The translations under genes and the position numbers were made by a program. 41,541 nucleotides of DNA from Bdellovibrionota bacterium FG-2 (lineage in GTDB: Bacteria; Bdellovibrionota; UBA1018): the NCBI GenBank assembly GCA_051382305.1, contig JBBCAV010000298.1, positions 1-41,541 on the forward strand. Reading direction: 5' to 3'. Below, piece after piece: positions 22,801-32,500 of this stretch (its first letter is position 1; every line of letters starts with the position of its first letter). The notes beneath the pieces are model-generated. The model had not been told where the DNA came from. It did not search any database and saw only the letters and a program-made list of their open reading frames with translations.

Positions 22801-23043
22801 CGCTCCATAAAACCGATGTTTATACTGATGACATTCCTGTCCAGAAACAAACTGTCCTGGCACGGAGCTGTCACACCCCCAGTTTTCTTCAAAAGCCAAA
22901 CGCCCTTTAATGGTGATCTTTTTCTTAAAAGAAGAAACCGGATCGCCTTTATATCCGTCTTCGCCCAGACCAGCAGCCGCTGCGGCCATCTGCAATGAAC
23001 AGAATACCAGAAACCCTAACAGAAGGATCTTGGAGATATTCAT
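19837..23043 (-). CDS. Large secreted zinc metalloprotease-like protein (gluzincin HEXXH) with C-terminal beta-sandwich domains
   Basis: Signal peptide; IAHEFGHSVH; downstream AFVEGFA third-ligand motif; VRVRAY...YSDWSDPV FN3-like signature; Pro-rich linkers; paired Cys. Confidence 0.75.
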   Translation of the reverse strand: MNISKILLLGFLVFCSLQMAAAAAGLGEDGYKGDPVSSFKKKITIKGRLAFEENWGCDSSVPGQFVSGQECHQYKHRFYGAGPNLGKPVTEDLMPEEIYDSVTGELYPLLRPFSAQVKISLFKGTKPDLQLCDVSKVVQTDSEGNFEVDLQACGAGQKVIVSLEAKLVYQLKGFDKTGAIVAGWPQNEGGEEVKKTNSLDLLVTKIMAWDINAQPQFFLGQVPTYEDATGKKSQTPTFNFFTAFDEAPSVDLGTLVFLGSQTAQDFYFNYVRQVVSGFQNVVELHRRLRAEFMKSLVPDQYVKAMFLWDKNLNVSKSLDVIFSDTGFYFVNVDATWAFGGLGGISFFGPYAEKLGDDPMDLFWLIGGTQTIAHEFGHSVHAAFASSSFTYDYSFANNYRRPNPLPKDYAQPAEFKTLDDFKAAIKDDPEKYPHPIYDIGHDYGQYQELGTAFVEGFASSLGQYILNRCAHWDDSSRPSGGPVGGSLVQYDDSFLGAVFNSTSSCDKKDGCSNHFFRYQMLKRGVVEDSKEWIRRRDQLQTLIKRIYAMGETAVRVTANNEARWSQLGCDLLDSVPGNKATFLNIKSQYIADSTYIAAEIMDGTVKDVDSFIAGYKKTWADTGYEENLSLDLIPFLRGMANFVKSKPGAEFDPPGTPAAVEMPNTGHKYNVLRLSTNSSPLSPLSLGKYFVGKGLLSQPQWASLLRSNFIDTGDLSAPSFVSSPDVPLGLTQSVIDTAGDEIPGDSTTHFVYTYLEGISQPKPKLKAQVVAPSYKYAPCVVRFSFTELLTNTVFEHDTKKNKNGEATWVQSMDTGVWVWGAKQVCENGKESVVAELPRVKIGLSGKLQHFTSKHVPLCLFGIPPPVVPTPKVPEQLQFTQDVVEYKFQAESYNCMGNSVGFEFEFTEPFKSDLPFTQFKKTVDVPPAAPPAKEESLWVKTTVNKVFMRPLPYEVSSLKPIQAFVRVRAYVVTLLGIGGSPGSNYEGKTYSDWSDPVGVSVPMYQKFDFTAKSRTTVEGWQNYGFNSGPNLPNLKDLQWIEKSLIPSPLPTTFPTGGGDPSPMDRRKPFK

Positions 23044-23678
23044 CGCCCCCTCCCTAAAGGAGGAATCACATAGCCTGCATTCGGAAGTTTACCTTGATTG
23101 ATTCGCGTTCGATGTTCACGGATCAGGTCACGCGCCAAAATTTCGCGCCCGCGTCCTTTGGAATCAAAAACGACACCCCAACCTGCTCGAGCCACAACCA
23201 CGCCGTTAATAAGGAGCTGTCCTCGAACACGCGCACCAAAATTTCCGGTCGGCGTAAATTGAATGGATTTTCGCAAACCCCGTTTTGCCTCCGACAGATC
23301 AATGGCAAAAACGAAATCCCGGCTTCTGTCACTTCGATTGGGCCGATTACGAACACCCCGAATCCGCTGAGATTCGGGCAAATTCAAAGCTCCATCGGTT
23401 GCGCTAAGCAGCACTTCGATCTGTGGTTTCCTGCCAGCAGTCGATTGCATGTGAAAGGCGGCAGGTAAATCTGGAAACGTAAACGAAACGTCCACCGGCA
23501 CGCCTTGTCCACGTTTCACTTGAGTCATGGAAACTTTTGACTCAACGGTGAACTTATAAGGATTTGAAATCTGCGAACGGCGCCCCTCTGCTCGAGATGA
23601 AATTGAAGCACTCATTCCCATCAGCATGAAAACAAGTGCAAATCCGTAATTTCCCCTGATCTGTGTAAAAGGAGACAA
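23040..23678 (-). CDS. Exported basic hypothetical protein, translationally coupled to the metalloprotease
   Basis: 212 aa; hydrophobic N-terminus (...SSRA); stop overlaps the next ATG (ATGA at 23040-23043). Confidence 0.7.
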   Translation of the reverse strand: MSPFTQIRGNYGFALVFMLMGMSASISSRAEGRRSQISNPYKFTVESKVSMTQVKRGQGVPVDVSFTFPDLPAAFHMQSTAGRKPQIEVLLSATDGALNLPESQRIRGVRNRPNRSDRSRDFVFAIDLSEAKRGLRKSIQFTPTGNFGARVRGQLLINGVVVARAGWGVVFDSKGRGREILARDLIREHRTRINQGKLPNAGYVIPPLGRGR

Positions 23679-23814
23679 ACGCCCCGCCCTTCACCCTCAT
23701 TTTGACAAACCAGACCAAATTACTCAACTAACGAGTTAAGAAAGCATCTGAAAATAAAGAAACCTATAAATTTCAAATGCTTTTTATGACTTAGCGCAAT
23801 CAGGTTGTACGAAA

Positions 23815-25212
23815 TTACGTCTCGATCCCGTAAGATTTGATCTTCCGATGAAGATGGCTGCGCTCAATTCCTAAAACCTGGGCGGTCTTGGAAATGTTCC
23901 AATCATGCTCCTTAAGCGTCTTCAAAATAAACTCGCGCTCAAATTCCTGCCGAGCATCACGAAGATTGCGCCCACCGGTCTCTGCCGTGTCTCCGCGGGG
24001 TTCATCGGCCCGCTCTTCGAGATTGAAACTCCAAGAGTCATCCTTTAGATGCCCCAAAATGTGTGCGGCCAAAATCAACTGCCCCTCTTCACTTTCGGCA
24101 GTCAAAATCACAACACGTTCAATAAGATTCTTCAGCTCTCTCACGTTCCCGGGCCAAGGATACGCCATGAGGACTTGCATCGCTTCTTTCGAAAACTCTC
24201 TGAGTTTCCGCCCATGATTCGCAACCGAGTCCTTCAAAAAGTGCTCCGCTAACAAGGGAATATCCTCTTTGCGATCACGCAAGGGAGGAATCACAAACGG
24301 AATTACATTCAATCGGTAAAAAAGATCTTCCCGAAATCCACCCTTTTGGATTTCAGCTTTCAAATCCTTATTCGTTGCAGCAACAATTCGCACATCGACG
24401 GCGATGGTCTGCGCCCCCCCCACTCGTTCGAATTTTTGTTCCTGAAGAATACGAAGAATCTTCGCTTGAGTCTTCAGCGACATATCGCCGATTTCATCCA
24501 AGAAAAGTGTCCCGCCATGAGCTAAGTCAAATTTTCCCCTTCGCAAATTTGTCGCGCCCGTGAAGGAGCCCTTTTCATGGCCAAAGAGCTCACTTTCGAT
24601 CAACTCTTCAGGAATAGCGGCGCAATTCACCTCTACAAAAGGTTTGTTAAAACGCTGTGAAAGCGCATGAATACTGTGAGCCACCACTTCCTTGCCCGTG
24701 CCATTTTCACCCGTAATCAAGACTGAGCCCGTCGTGGGCGCGACTCGTCGAATGAGCTCCTGAATCTGATTCATGGCTGGACTCGCCTCCACCAAGGTGT
24801 GAGACTTGCTAACCTGTTTGCGTAGCGCCTGGTTTTCACGCGCGAGATCCTGAACGCCCGCCATGTTTTGAAGCAACACTAAAATACGCTCGAGCGAAAG
24901 CGGTTTTTCCACGAAATCGAAGGCCCCAAGCTTTGTCGCGCGCACCGCTGTCTCAATATTTCCATGCCCCGACATCATGATCACAAACTGATCAGGCCAC
25001 TCGGCCTTAATGAGCTTCAAAGTTTCAAGCCCATCGAGCGAAGGCATCCAAATATCTAAGATCACTACATCCGGCCGCTCCGAGCGAATCAGATCAATCC
25101 CTGCACGCCCCGAAGAAGCCGTGACCACACGATAGCCCTCGTCTTTTAAAGCCCCCGAAAGCGATTCCAAAATCGATGTCTCATCATCTACGACCAAAAC
25201 TAATCGCGACAC
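23815..25212 (-). CDS. Sigma54-dependent response regulator (NtrX/NtrC family)
   Basis: Receiver (VVDDE, ILDIWMP), Walker A GENGTGKE, GSFTGA loop, LFLDEIGD, Fis-type HTH; downstream of an NtrY-like kinase. Confidence 0.95.
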   Translation of the reverse strand: MSRLVLVVDDETSILESLSGALKDEGYRVVTASSGRAGIDLIRSERPDVVILDIWMPSLDGLETLKLIKAEWPDQFVIMMSGHGNIETAVRATKLGAFDFVEKPLSLERILVLLQNMAGVQDLARENQALRKQVSKSHTLVEASPAMNQIQELIRRVAPTTGSVLITGENGTGKEVVAHSIHALSQRFNKPFVEVNCAAIPEELIESELFGHEKGSFTGATNLRRGKFDLAHGGTLFLDEIGDMSLKTQAKILRILQEQKFERVGGAQTIAVDVRIVAATNKDLKAEIQKGGFREDLFYRLNVIPFVIPPLRDRKEDIPLLAEHFLKDSVANHGRKLREFSKEAMQVLMAYPWPGNVRELKNLIERVVILTAESEEGQLILAAHILGHLKDDSWSFNLEERADEPRGDTAETGGRNLRDARQEFEREFILKTLKEHDWNISKTAQVLGIERSHLHRKIKSYGIET

Positions 25213-25238
25213 GGTGCCACCCCTTTCATCATATTTAA

Positions 25239-27539
25239 TTAAACCCTGGGTGAGCGTTGTTCTAACTGATTTCGTACCGTCGTGGGAAGCTCAATTACGA
25301 AACGGGTCCCCTCTCCCGGAGCCGAATGAACTCGAATAAATCCATCATGATCATTGATAATGCGCTTCGTAATCGCAAGCCCCAGCCCCGTCCCGCCTGT
25401 TTTAGTGGAAAAATAAGGTTCGAAGATCCTCGCTTTAACGTCCTCACTGATACCCGGTCCATTATCCCCTATCTCAACAACCGCAATTTTCAGCTCCTCG
25501 TTGAAAAACGTAGAAAGGTCTATTCTTTTGGGGCTCCCCAGGGGCAAGGAGTTGAGGGCCGCGACGGCATTATCCAACAAATTGATCACCACGCGTTTAA
25601 TTTGATCACGATCAAACTCAAAAATCGGCATGCGCGCTTCAAGCGCCACCTTAAATCCAATCGAAGGATGAGCTTGCTCAAAAAGCGGGAGAACCTCCCC
25701 CAAGGCCTTATTAAGATCGTGAGGCGCGGGAGAAGCCTCAGGGAACCGAGCGAAGTTTGAAAACTCATTCACCATTTCCTTCAGTTCATCCGTATGACGT
25801 ATAATGGTGTCCGTACATTCTTTCATCAGGGCACCATCTTTGCCTGCAAGCGCGCCCAGTCGGCGCTGCAGCCGCTGAGCAGAAAGTTTAATGGGGGTCA
25901 GAGGGTTCTTAATCTCATGAGCGATTCGACGAGCGACTTCTCTCCAGGCCATTTCTCTCTGGCCTTTAATTAGATGGGTCATATCATCGATAACAGAAAC
26001 GACCCCCCATTGTGCCCCGCCCTCCTGAAGAGGAGTCGCGATAGCCGACAAAACCTGAACGCTCTCTCCTTGGTGAACATTCCACTGGGCGAGTTCCGGC
26101 TCACCGGCAATCGCCCCACTCGATCCCCGAAAAGCCTGATCAATAGCCAATACCAATGGAGCGGCCTTCGAGACAAGAAGCACATCATAGCGCCTCCCGA
26201 CCGCTTGCGAAGGCTCAATCTCAAGCAAGCGCGCGACCGCGCGATTGAAGGTCGTAACAATCCCATCGCGATCGACCGCGATCACACCCGTTCCGACATT
26301 GGCAAGAACCGCCTCGAGCTGTAATCGCCTTCGCTCAAGGTCTGCGCCAGCTTGAGTCAGTCGCTCCTGATGATCTTTGAGATCGCGAGTCATCTTATTG
26401 AAGGACTCGACGAGAACCGCGATCTCATCGTGTCCAACCGCGGAAATTGAAACATCCAAGTTCCCCGCGCCGACCGCCTGGGCCGCTAGCACGAGCCGTT
26501 CAACGGGAACCGTCAGCTCTCTGGCGATGTACAAGCCAATCCAAATCGCGACAAAGATAATCACAAGCGTGATCATGATCAAGATAAGAAGATAGGTCGT
26601 CTTCATCGGGTACTTCAAAGGGTTTGTTTCTTTATAGTCCTCATAGACGCTCGTGATTTCAGCCACTTTGCTCTTCATACTGACCGGAATATAGGCACTC
26701 ACGACTAAAACCGCCGTGACGGGACTTTCAATGCCCCCCCCCCTTCTGATCCCCGCTAAACATCTGATGAGATCGCCGGAACCCACATGCTGGGTGATGA
26801 AAAACTTCTCTCCCGAAAAAGCCCGTTCCAAGACATCCACAGATAACCGCGGCAGCTGATCAACAACCTCCGGTGAGATCGGTCTCTTTGCCAAGAACCG
26901 CTCCTCCAACGGATCTGCATAAACCTCAACCGCATCGAGCGCCAGAAGCTCACGTTGGAGACGTAAATAAATCTCCACTGAACTTGAAATTTCGCCTGAA
27001 TCCGAGGAACTCCACTTTGGCGCCAAGCCTTCGGCTAAATGTTCCGCAAAATGCATCGCTGTCTGCGCAGTGTTTCGATAATAAGTTTGAGTGATATCCA
27101 AGGATGCCTGAAGCGTGTTCTGAATTTTGAGGGAAAACCACTTTTCGAAGCTAGAATTGATATAAAGAGCAGAAATCACGAACAACACGAGCGTCGGCGT
27201 GATCGAAAGCCCCAAAAAGGCGATCACGAGCTTTGTTTTGAGCCGCGCACCGAGAATTTTGCGTCTTCGTTCCAAAAAGAGCTTCCCGATGTTTCTAAAA
27301 ACAAGCCATACGAGAAGAATGAGGATGATAATGTTGACGTTCAACAACCCAAAAAAGAAAATTGAGTTTACGAAGGGAAGCGTTTTTGCCACTTGTGTAA
27401 GCTGAAATTCAGCAAAAGTGAGAAGAATGAAAAACCCCGCCAACAAAATGATCGCAAGCGCCTCACGACGACGTTTCAATCGCTCCTTGGGATCCAGTGG
27501 AGGAAGAGAAGGAAGATTTTTCACCGATTCGCGTCCCAT
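25239..27539 (-). CDS. NtrY-like sensor histidine kinase (TM, HAMP, PAS, HisKA, HATPase)
   Basis: AWREVARRIAHEIKNPLTPIKLSAQRL H-box, N box, DNGPG, GTGLGL. Start set at ATG 27539 because the track's upstream part overlaps the micropeptide locus. Confidence 0.94.
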   Translation of the reverse strand: MGRESVKNLPSLPPLDPKERLKRRREALAIILLAGFFILLTFAEFQLTQVAKTLPFVNSIFFFGLLNVNIIILILLVWLVFRNIGKLFLERRRKILGARLKTKLVIAFLGLSITPTLVLFVISALYINSSFEKWFSLKIQNTLQASLDITQTYYRNTAQTAMHFAEHLAEGLAPKWSSSDSGEISSSVEIYLRLQRELLALDAVEVYADPLEERFLAKRPISPEVVDQLPRLSVDVLERAFSGEKFFITQHVGSGDLIRCLAGIRRGGGIESPVTAVLVVSAYIPVSMKSKVAEITSVYEDYKETNPLKYPMKTTYLLILIMITLVIIFVAIWIGLYIARELTVPVERLVLAAQAVGAGNLDVSISAVGHDEIAVLVESFNKMTRDLKDHQERLTQAGADLERRRLQLEAVLANVGTGVIAVDRDGIVTTFNRAVARLLEIEPSQAVGRRYDVLLVSKAAPLVLAIDQAFRGSSGAIAGEPELAQWNVHQGESVQVLSAIATPLQEGGAQWGVVSVIDDMTHLIKGQREMAWREVARRIAHEIKNPLTPIKLSAQRLQRRLGALAGKDGALMKECTDTIIRHTDELKEMVNEFSNFARFPEASPAPHDLNKALGEVLPLFEQAHPSIGFKVALEARMPIFEFDRDQIKRVVINLLDNAVAALNSLPLGSPKRIDLSTFFNEELKIAVVEIGDNGPGISEDVKARIFEPYFSTKTGGTGLGLAITKRIINDHDGFIRVHSAPGEGTRFVIELPTTVRNQLEQRSPRV

Positions 27540-27685
27540 AATCTTGTTGTCGCACAATCTGCAGCGCTCGATTAAAAAAAAAGTGAATTTATTTTTGATC
27601 TTTACTTGATCTAAAATAAATTCAAGGTAACATCTAGGTATGTCAATAATTGGGCACCTAAGCTCAAATGACGGAGGAGAAAAAA

Positions 27686-27757
27686 ATGGCAACAAAGAAA
27701 AAAGCTACAAAGAAAAAAGTAGCAAAGAAAAAAGTAGCAAAGAAAAAGAAGAAATAA
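27686..27757 (+). CDS. 23-aa Lys/Ala-rich histone-H1-like micropeptide (not in ORF track)
   Basis: GGAGG SD, then ATG; reads MATKKKATKKKVAKKKVAKKKKK-TAA; strong terminator follows. Confidence 0.75.
   Translation: MATKKKATKKKVAKKKVAKKKKK
27689..27748 (+). repeat. Four imperfect 15-bp tandem repeats encoding (A/V)(T/A)KKK
   Basis: GCAACAAAGAAAAAA / GCTACAAAGAAAAAA / GTAGCAAAGAAAAAA / GTAGCAAAGAAAAAG. Confidence 0.9.
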
Positions 27758-27777
27758 CTTCTTCGCTTCTAAAAGCT

Positions 27778-27818
27778 CACAAAAGCCTCGGGCCTCAAGC
27801 CCGGGGCTTTTGTGTTTT
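27778..27818. terminator. Intrinsic terminator, probably bidirectional (micropeptide and pyrD)
   Basis: CACAAAAGCCTCGGGC-ctcaa-GCCCGGGGCTTTTGTG-TTTT: 16-bp stem with A/T tracts on both sides. Confidence 0.88.
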
Positions 27819-28860
27819 AGGACTGTTTTCGGCCTATTTTGCGAAGAATTTCGACAGGAAAAGAAGGCCCATTCAAAATCCACCCCGAATAAATTTGAAT
27901 TAAATTTGCGCCCAAGTTTAATCGCTCAATCGCCTCCGCAGCCGTAAGAATCCCGCCCACTGAGATAATAGGCTTCGATGTCATCCCTCTAACCTCTACG
28001 AGCCGCCGCCGAGAAATCTCCCTCAACGGATTCCCACTCCATCCCCCTTGGACCTTTTGCCCCCCCCGACTCAAGGTCCCGCCCAACGTATTGGTCAAAA
28101 TCCATCCATCAGCCGCGACTGAATGAATAATATCGGCTAATTCAGGGCCCTCTAGCTCTGGTGCGAGCTTCAAAAAGGTGGGCGGTACCTTTTTCCACCC
28201 TGATTTGACTTCCAAGACAGCGGACATGATCTGCGCGAGCGTTTCTTGGGTCTGCAAAGAGCGCAGGCCGGGCGTGTTTGGAGAGCTCACGTTAACCACA
28301 ATATAGTCCGCGAGCCCGTCAAAAGGCTTGATGGCTGCCGCATAATCCTCAAAAGCGCGCTCAAGAGGCGTATCTTTGTTCTTACCCACATTCACGCCCA
28401 CGCGAAACCCCTGCGGTAGCCCGCGCTCTCTGAGTTGAGCAAGTCGCCGCGCACCTTCGGCCGCTCCCGAATTGTTGAACCCCATGCAATTAAAGAGCGC
28501 CTGAGCCTTCGGATCTCGAAACAAGCGCGGACGGGGGTTACCCCCCTGCGCCCGAGGGGTCAGTGTTCCGATTTCCGCAAAACCAAACCCAAGATGCGGA
28601 AGCGCCAAGAGAATTTCACAATCCTTGTCAAAGCCGGCAGCAAGACCCAATGGAGAGTGAAACTCGAGGCCAAGGACTTCAACTGGCGCAACGCCTAGAG
28701 TATTCAAAGAACGCACGCCACTCACAATCCGCAGAACTTTAGGATTCAGAGCACTGAGTTCACGCACAAGGGAAACCATCCCTCGGTGAGCCTTTTCAGC
28801 ATCAAACCGAAACAAGAAAAATTTTACGAGTTTCCAAAGCAGCTTTCGAAGCATGAGCAT
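27817..28860 (-). CDS. pyrD: Quinone-dependent dihydroorotate dehydrogenase (class 2)
   Basis: LGLAAGFDKD, GNPRPRLFR, VNVSSPNTPGLR, LKLAP, ISVGGI. Confidence 0.97.
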   Translation of the reverse strand: MLMLRKLLWKLVKFFLFRFDAEKAHRGMVSLVRELSALNPKVLRIVSGVRSLNTLGVAPVEVLGLEFHSPLGLAAGFDKDCEILLALPHLGFGFAEIGTLTPRAQGGNPRPRLFRDPKAQALFNCMGFNNSGAAEGARRLAQLRERGLPQGFRVGVNVGKNKDTPLERAFEDYAAAIKPFDGLADYIVVNVSSPNTPGLRSLQTQETLAQIMSAVLEVKSGWKKVPPTFLKLAPELEGPELADIIHSVAADGWILTNTLGGTLSRGGQKVQGGWSGNPLREISRRRLVEVRGMTSKPIISVGGILTAAEAIERLNLGANLIQIYSGWILNGPSFPVEILRKIGRKQS

Positions 28861-30162
28861 TCAAGAAGTCCTCGTTTTTGATCCCCTCACGAATTCTTTC
28901 ATATAGAACCCATCACTAGGACCCGGACCGAAAAAACCCCCGAACCCCTCCTTAAAATCAGAGTTGTTTTTCAAAAACTGCTCAACGACATCAAGAGTTT
29001 CTTGTTTACGAAAAGTACAGACCCCAAACACAAGGTGCCCCCCCCTTTTTACCAATGGGGCGTAGGCTTCCAAAAGTCGCAACTGAACCTTTGGTAAGCG
29101 TTCGCGCTCGGCCAGAGTTTGGCGCCACTTGATATCCGGGTTTCGCCTCAAAACACCCCACCCACTACAAGGAGCATCCACGAGAACAATATCCGCACGC
29201 GCCGAAAACTTTTTGACGGTCAAATGTTCTTCGTTTTCGATCACGCAAACTGTTTGGATGTTTCGAAGGCCGGCCCGCGAAGCTCGCTTTCGCAAAGCTT
29301 GCAGTTTCCTCTCCGAAACATCGTAAGAGTACACCCGCCCTTTTCCGTGAAGAAGATCGGCCATGGCAAGACTCTTACCGCCCGCACCTGCGCACGCATC
29401 GATCACGGTGAGCGCGCTCGGGAAGACGACAGTCGCGGGGTCGATCGGCGCACTCACAGTGGACCCTGGCTGGGCCTGTAGGAATTTTGAAAACACCTCC
29501 GGATTCAATGCAAAAGCAGACATGAGCTGAGAGCCTTCATCCTGAATTTCAAAGTCGCCTTTTTTAAAAGCGTCAGATCCCAATACCGGAGCATATCCCG
29601 AAAGTCCGATGCCGCGGGGAACTCGCGGCATTATAAAAGGGACATCCTTTATATCAAAAAGCTGAAGATGCGCTTCTAAGGCGCTCCGCACTCCCTCTAA
29701 ATCAGCGTTTGATGAAGCCCTCATCGTCAGGGGGGGCTCCTGACTCAAGAGCCGAGCAAGATCCTTTACCGCCGCGACTCCCCAGCACTGTTCCCACTCC
29801 GAAATCATTTCAGGGGGGAAATTATCGACGAAAGACTCGTATCCCTTCGATCGGGGGGACTCCCGATTTTGAACTAAGAACTCAGCCAAGTGCGAAACCC
29901 AAGCCAGCTTGGTCATCCCGGGGGAACCAGGCTCCCGTAATGACCAAGGTTCCCCCAAGGGAATCCTAACCTTCGCCCATCGCGCCACCGACGCTGGCCG
30001 AAGCAAGATCTTAGACATCACAGGACTCAAAATGGGCTTGAGTTCTTTGGGAAGCCGCGACAAGGCCGAATCAAGATGAATGGGGGAAGAAAACAAATCG
30101 GCCCAAAGGGATGCAAAAGCGATGCGCCAAGAGGGGAGTTTCGTGGTCTTTGTAATACTCAT
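28861..30162 (-). CDS. RsmB/NOP-family RNA m5C methyltransferase
   Basis: FEIQDEGSQ, IDACAGAGGKS, LVDAPCSGWG, VCT; start set at MSITK to avoid overlap with the divergent gene. Confidence 0.92.
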   Translation of the reverse strand: MSITKTTKLPSWRIAFASLWADLFSSPIHLDSALSRLPKELKPILSPVMSKILLRPASVARWAKVRIPLGEPWSLREPGSPGMTKLAWVSHLAEFLVQNRESPRSKGYESFVDNFPPEMISEWEQCWGVAAVKDLARLLSQEPPLTMRASSNADLEGVRSALEAHLQLFDIKDVPFIMPRVPRGIGLSGYAPVLGSDAFKKGDFEIQDEGSQLMSAFALNPEVFSKFLQAQPGSTVSAPIDPATVVFPSALTVIDACAGAGGKSLAMADLLHGKGRVYSYDVSERKLQALRKRASRAGLRNIQTVCVIENEEHLTVKKFSARADIVLVDAPCSGWGVLRRNPDIKWRQTLAERERLPKVQLRLLEAYAPLVKRGGHLVFGVCTFRKQETLDVVEQFLKNNSDFKEGFGGFFGPGPSDGFYMKEFVRGSKTRTS

Positions 30163-30264
30163 GGATACTGTTGTACCGCATCTTAAACTTGCCTTGCAAT
30201 TCATGTCGCAATAAACTTCAGAAACAGTATACTTAACCCAAAAGTTCACTTCACTGGAGGATCT

Positions 30265-31407
30265 ATGATCGACTTTACACTTTCCGATGAGCAGCAACAG
30301 CTACAAGACCTGGCCCGAAAGTTTGCGAAGGAAGAAATCATTCCGAAAGCCGCCCACCACGATGAAACAGGCGACTACCCTCATGAAATTGCAAAAAAAG
30401 CTTGGGAACTAGGCATCATGAACACTCACATCCCTGGCGAATACGGCGGAATGGGTTTAGGCGTTCTCGAAGGTTGTATCATTACTGAAGAACTCGCTTA
30501 TGGCTGCACAGGGATTGCCACTGCGATGGAAGCCAACACCCTTGCTGCCGCACCGTTGATTGTCGCCGGAAGCGACGAAGTGAAGAAAGAATTCCTTGGC
30601 ATGCTCACCGCTGAGCCAAAATTTGCTGCTTATTGCGTGACCGAGCCCGGCGCCGGATCGGATGTCAGCGGCATTCGCACGATTGCTAAAAAAGTGGGCG
30701 GAGATTACGTCATCGATGGATCTAAGATGTGGATCACCAATGCCAGCGTCGCGAGCTGGTACTTTGTACTTGCCTACACCGATCCTGCAGCCAAACACCG
30801 AGGGATGTCGGGTTTTGTCGTTCCGGCTAACCTTCCTGGAATTACGGTTGGGAAAAAAGAATGGAACATGGGTCAACATGCCAGTGATACGCGCGGAATC
30901 ACCTTTGAAAATGTTAAAATCCCAGAGCGCTATCGTATCGGCAAAGAAGGCGAAGGCTTTAAGATCGCGATGAGCGCATTCGACCACACCCGCCCCGCTG
31001 TTGCCTCCGGAGCCGTAGGGCTCGCTCGCCGCGCCATGGATGAAGCCATTGAATACGCAAAAACTCGCAAAGCCTTTGGACAGCCGATCGCAGCGTTTCA
31101 AGCCATTAGCTTCATGATTGCCGATATGGCCAAAGACATCGAAGCGGCTCGAATGTTGGTGCAAAAAGCCGCTTCGATGATCGACAACGGACATCGTAAT
31201 ACGAAGTTTGCCGCGATGGCCAAGACATTTGCGGCCGACACAGCGATGCGAGTGTCCACAGATGCGGTGCAAATCTTGGGCGGTTATGGATACTCGGCTG
31301 AATATCCAGTCGAAAAGCTCATGCGCGACGCCAAGATTTATCAAATCTACGAAGGCACGAGTCAGATTCAGCGCCTGATTATCTCAAAAGAGATTTTTGA
31401 ACGCTAA
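30265..31407 (+). CDS. Acyl-CoA dehydrogenase (medium-chain type)
   Basis: [45 protein letters not shown]. Confidence 0.97.
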   Translation: MIDFTLSDEQQQLQDLARKFAKEEIIPKAAHHDETGDYPHEIAKKAWELGIMNTHIPGEYGGMGLGVLEGCIITEELAYGCTGIATAMEANTLAAAPLIVAGSDEVKKEFLGMLTAEPKFAAYCVTEPGAGSDVSGIRTIAKKVGGDYVIDGSKMWITNASVASWYFVLAYTDPAAKHRGMSGFVVPANLPGITVGKKEWNMGQHASDTRGITFENVKIPERYRIGKEGEGFKIAMSAFDHTRPAVASGAVGLARRAMDEAIEYAKTRKAFGQPIAAFQAISFMIADMAKDIEAARMLVQKAASMIDNGHRNTKFAAMAKTFAADTAMRVSTDAVQILGGYGYSAEYPVEKLMRDAKIYQIYEGTSQIQRLIISKEIFER

Positions 31408-32450
31408 ACTTCATCGAGTTCTTGAGTCAATGACTTAAGAATTCGATGATAACTCGCCAAGCGCAAAGAAACGACGTCACCCGTTGCATCTGCGACGCAA
31501 GTCGTTTCGCCATTGTGTTTGCAGCCTTGCGTGGAGCATTCGAGTTCGTTGAGATCTGGAAAATATTCTAACAAAGACTCCTCTGTCACGCCTTCCAGGC
31601 CCAAATCTTTGATTCCGGGGGTATCGATCCAATACGATTGATCCGGCCCGGAAAACATGGCGGCACTCGTGGTGGTATGACGGCCCTTGCCAGTAGCGGA
31701 AATGATTTCACCGACTCTTCCAACCTCACGCTGCAAAAGCGCTCGTAAGAGCGTGGTTTTTCCAACACCTGAGTGGCCGCAAAAAACGGCAGTGCTCCCC
31801 CTCAGTGCGTCTAAAAGCTCCGAAACGCCTGAGCCTTTTTTCGCACTAATTTCAAAGATGCGAGCAGCCAATTTAGTATACAGGGCTTCGAGAACCTCCG
31901 TGCTTTCATCTTTTCTTAAGTCTATTTTGTTCAAACACAAAACCACCGGAATCCCCTGCGCTTGAGCTGCAATTAAGAAACGATCAACAAGCCCTGGGCT
32001 AAAATCGGGCTCCCTGATGGAACACACAACCACGAGCAAATCGACGTTTGCGGCTAAAACATGTCTCATTTTCGCTTCAGAACCACCGGGTGCGGGCCTT
32101 GAAAGACGGTTTCGTCGCGGAGTGACGGCCTCGACCACCCCATTTTCGCCACTGAATGCGCCGACCACGACTCGGTCGCCTACGGCTACGGGCGTGCGTT
32201 CCCTCACTTGGCCTTCTTCCAGATTCTCTCCCGCACGAAAGATACGCGCGCGGCGATAATGACAAAGATACTCTGCCGAACTCTCAATCATCCGCACTTT
32301 GCAAAGCTTAGGAAATACCTCAATAACGACCGCGTTCGCTTGTTCAGCGCTCAGCGTCGCACGAGAAGAGGGCGTCTTCTTCTTAGCGCTTCGTTTAACA
32401 CTGCGCTGGTCGTCCAACCAGTCATCACTGCCGCCCCGATATTTGGACAT
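31404..32450 (-). CDS. rsgA: Ribosome small-subunit-dependent GTPase A
   Basis: Circularly permuted G motifs [23 protein letters not shown]-terminal C-x4-C-x-H-x5-C Zn site. Confidence 0.96.
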   Translation of the reverse strand: MSKYRGGSDDWLDDQRSVKRSAKKKTPSSRATLSAEQANAVVIEVFPKLCKVRMIESSAEYLCHYRRARIFRAGENLEEGQVRERTPVAVGDRVVVGAFSGENGVVEAVTPRRNRLSRPAPGGSEAKMRHVLAANVDLLVVVCSIREPDFSPGLVDRFLIAAQAQGIPVVLCLNKIDLRKDESTEVLEALYTKLAARIFEISAKKGSGVSELLDALRGSTAVFCGHSGVGKTTLLRALLQREVGRVGEIISATGKGRHTTTSAAMFSGPDQSYWIDTPGIKDLGLEGVTEESLLEYFPDLNELECSTQGCKHNGETTCVADATGDVVSLRLASYHRILKSLTQELDEV

Positions 32451-32500
32451 TAAGAAATCTCACTCCTTATTTTAGTAATTTCGACTATACTCTCATTTAT

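Noticed and set aside
27689-27748. Short repeats as a possible CRISPR array
   Set aside because: Tandem 15-mers with no spacers and no cas genes in the window.
27640-27903. Track ORFs of 87 aa (+) and 90 aa (-, 27611..27883) across the Lys-rich repeat
   Set aside because: Alternative frames of the 15-bp repeat that run through the terminator and into pyrD; only the ATG at 27686 has a proper SD.
30457-31344. 295-aa antisense ORF inside the acyl-CoA dehydrogenase gene
   Set aside because: Shadow ORF from codon bias; no SD or recognisable motifs.
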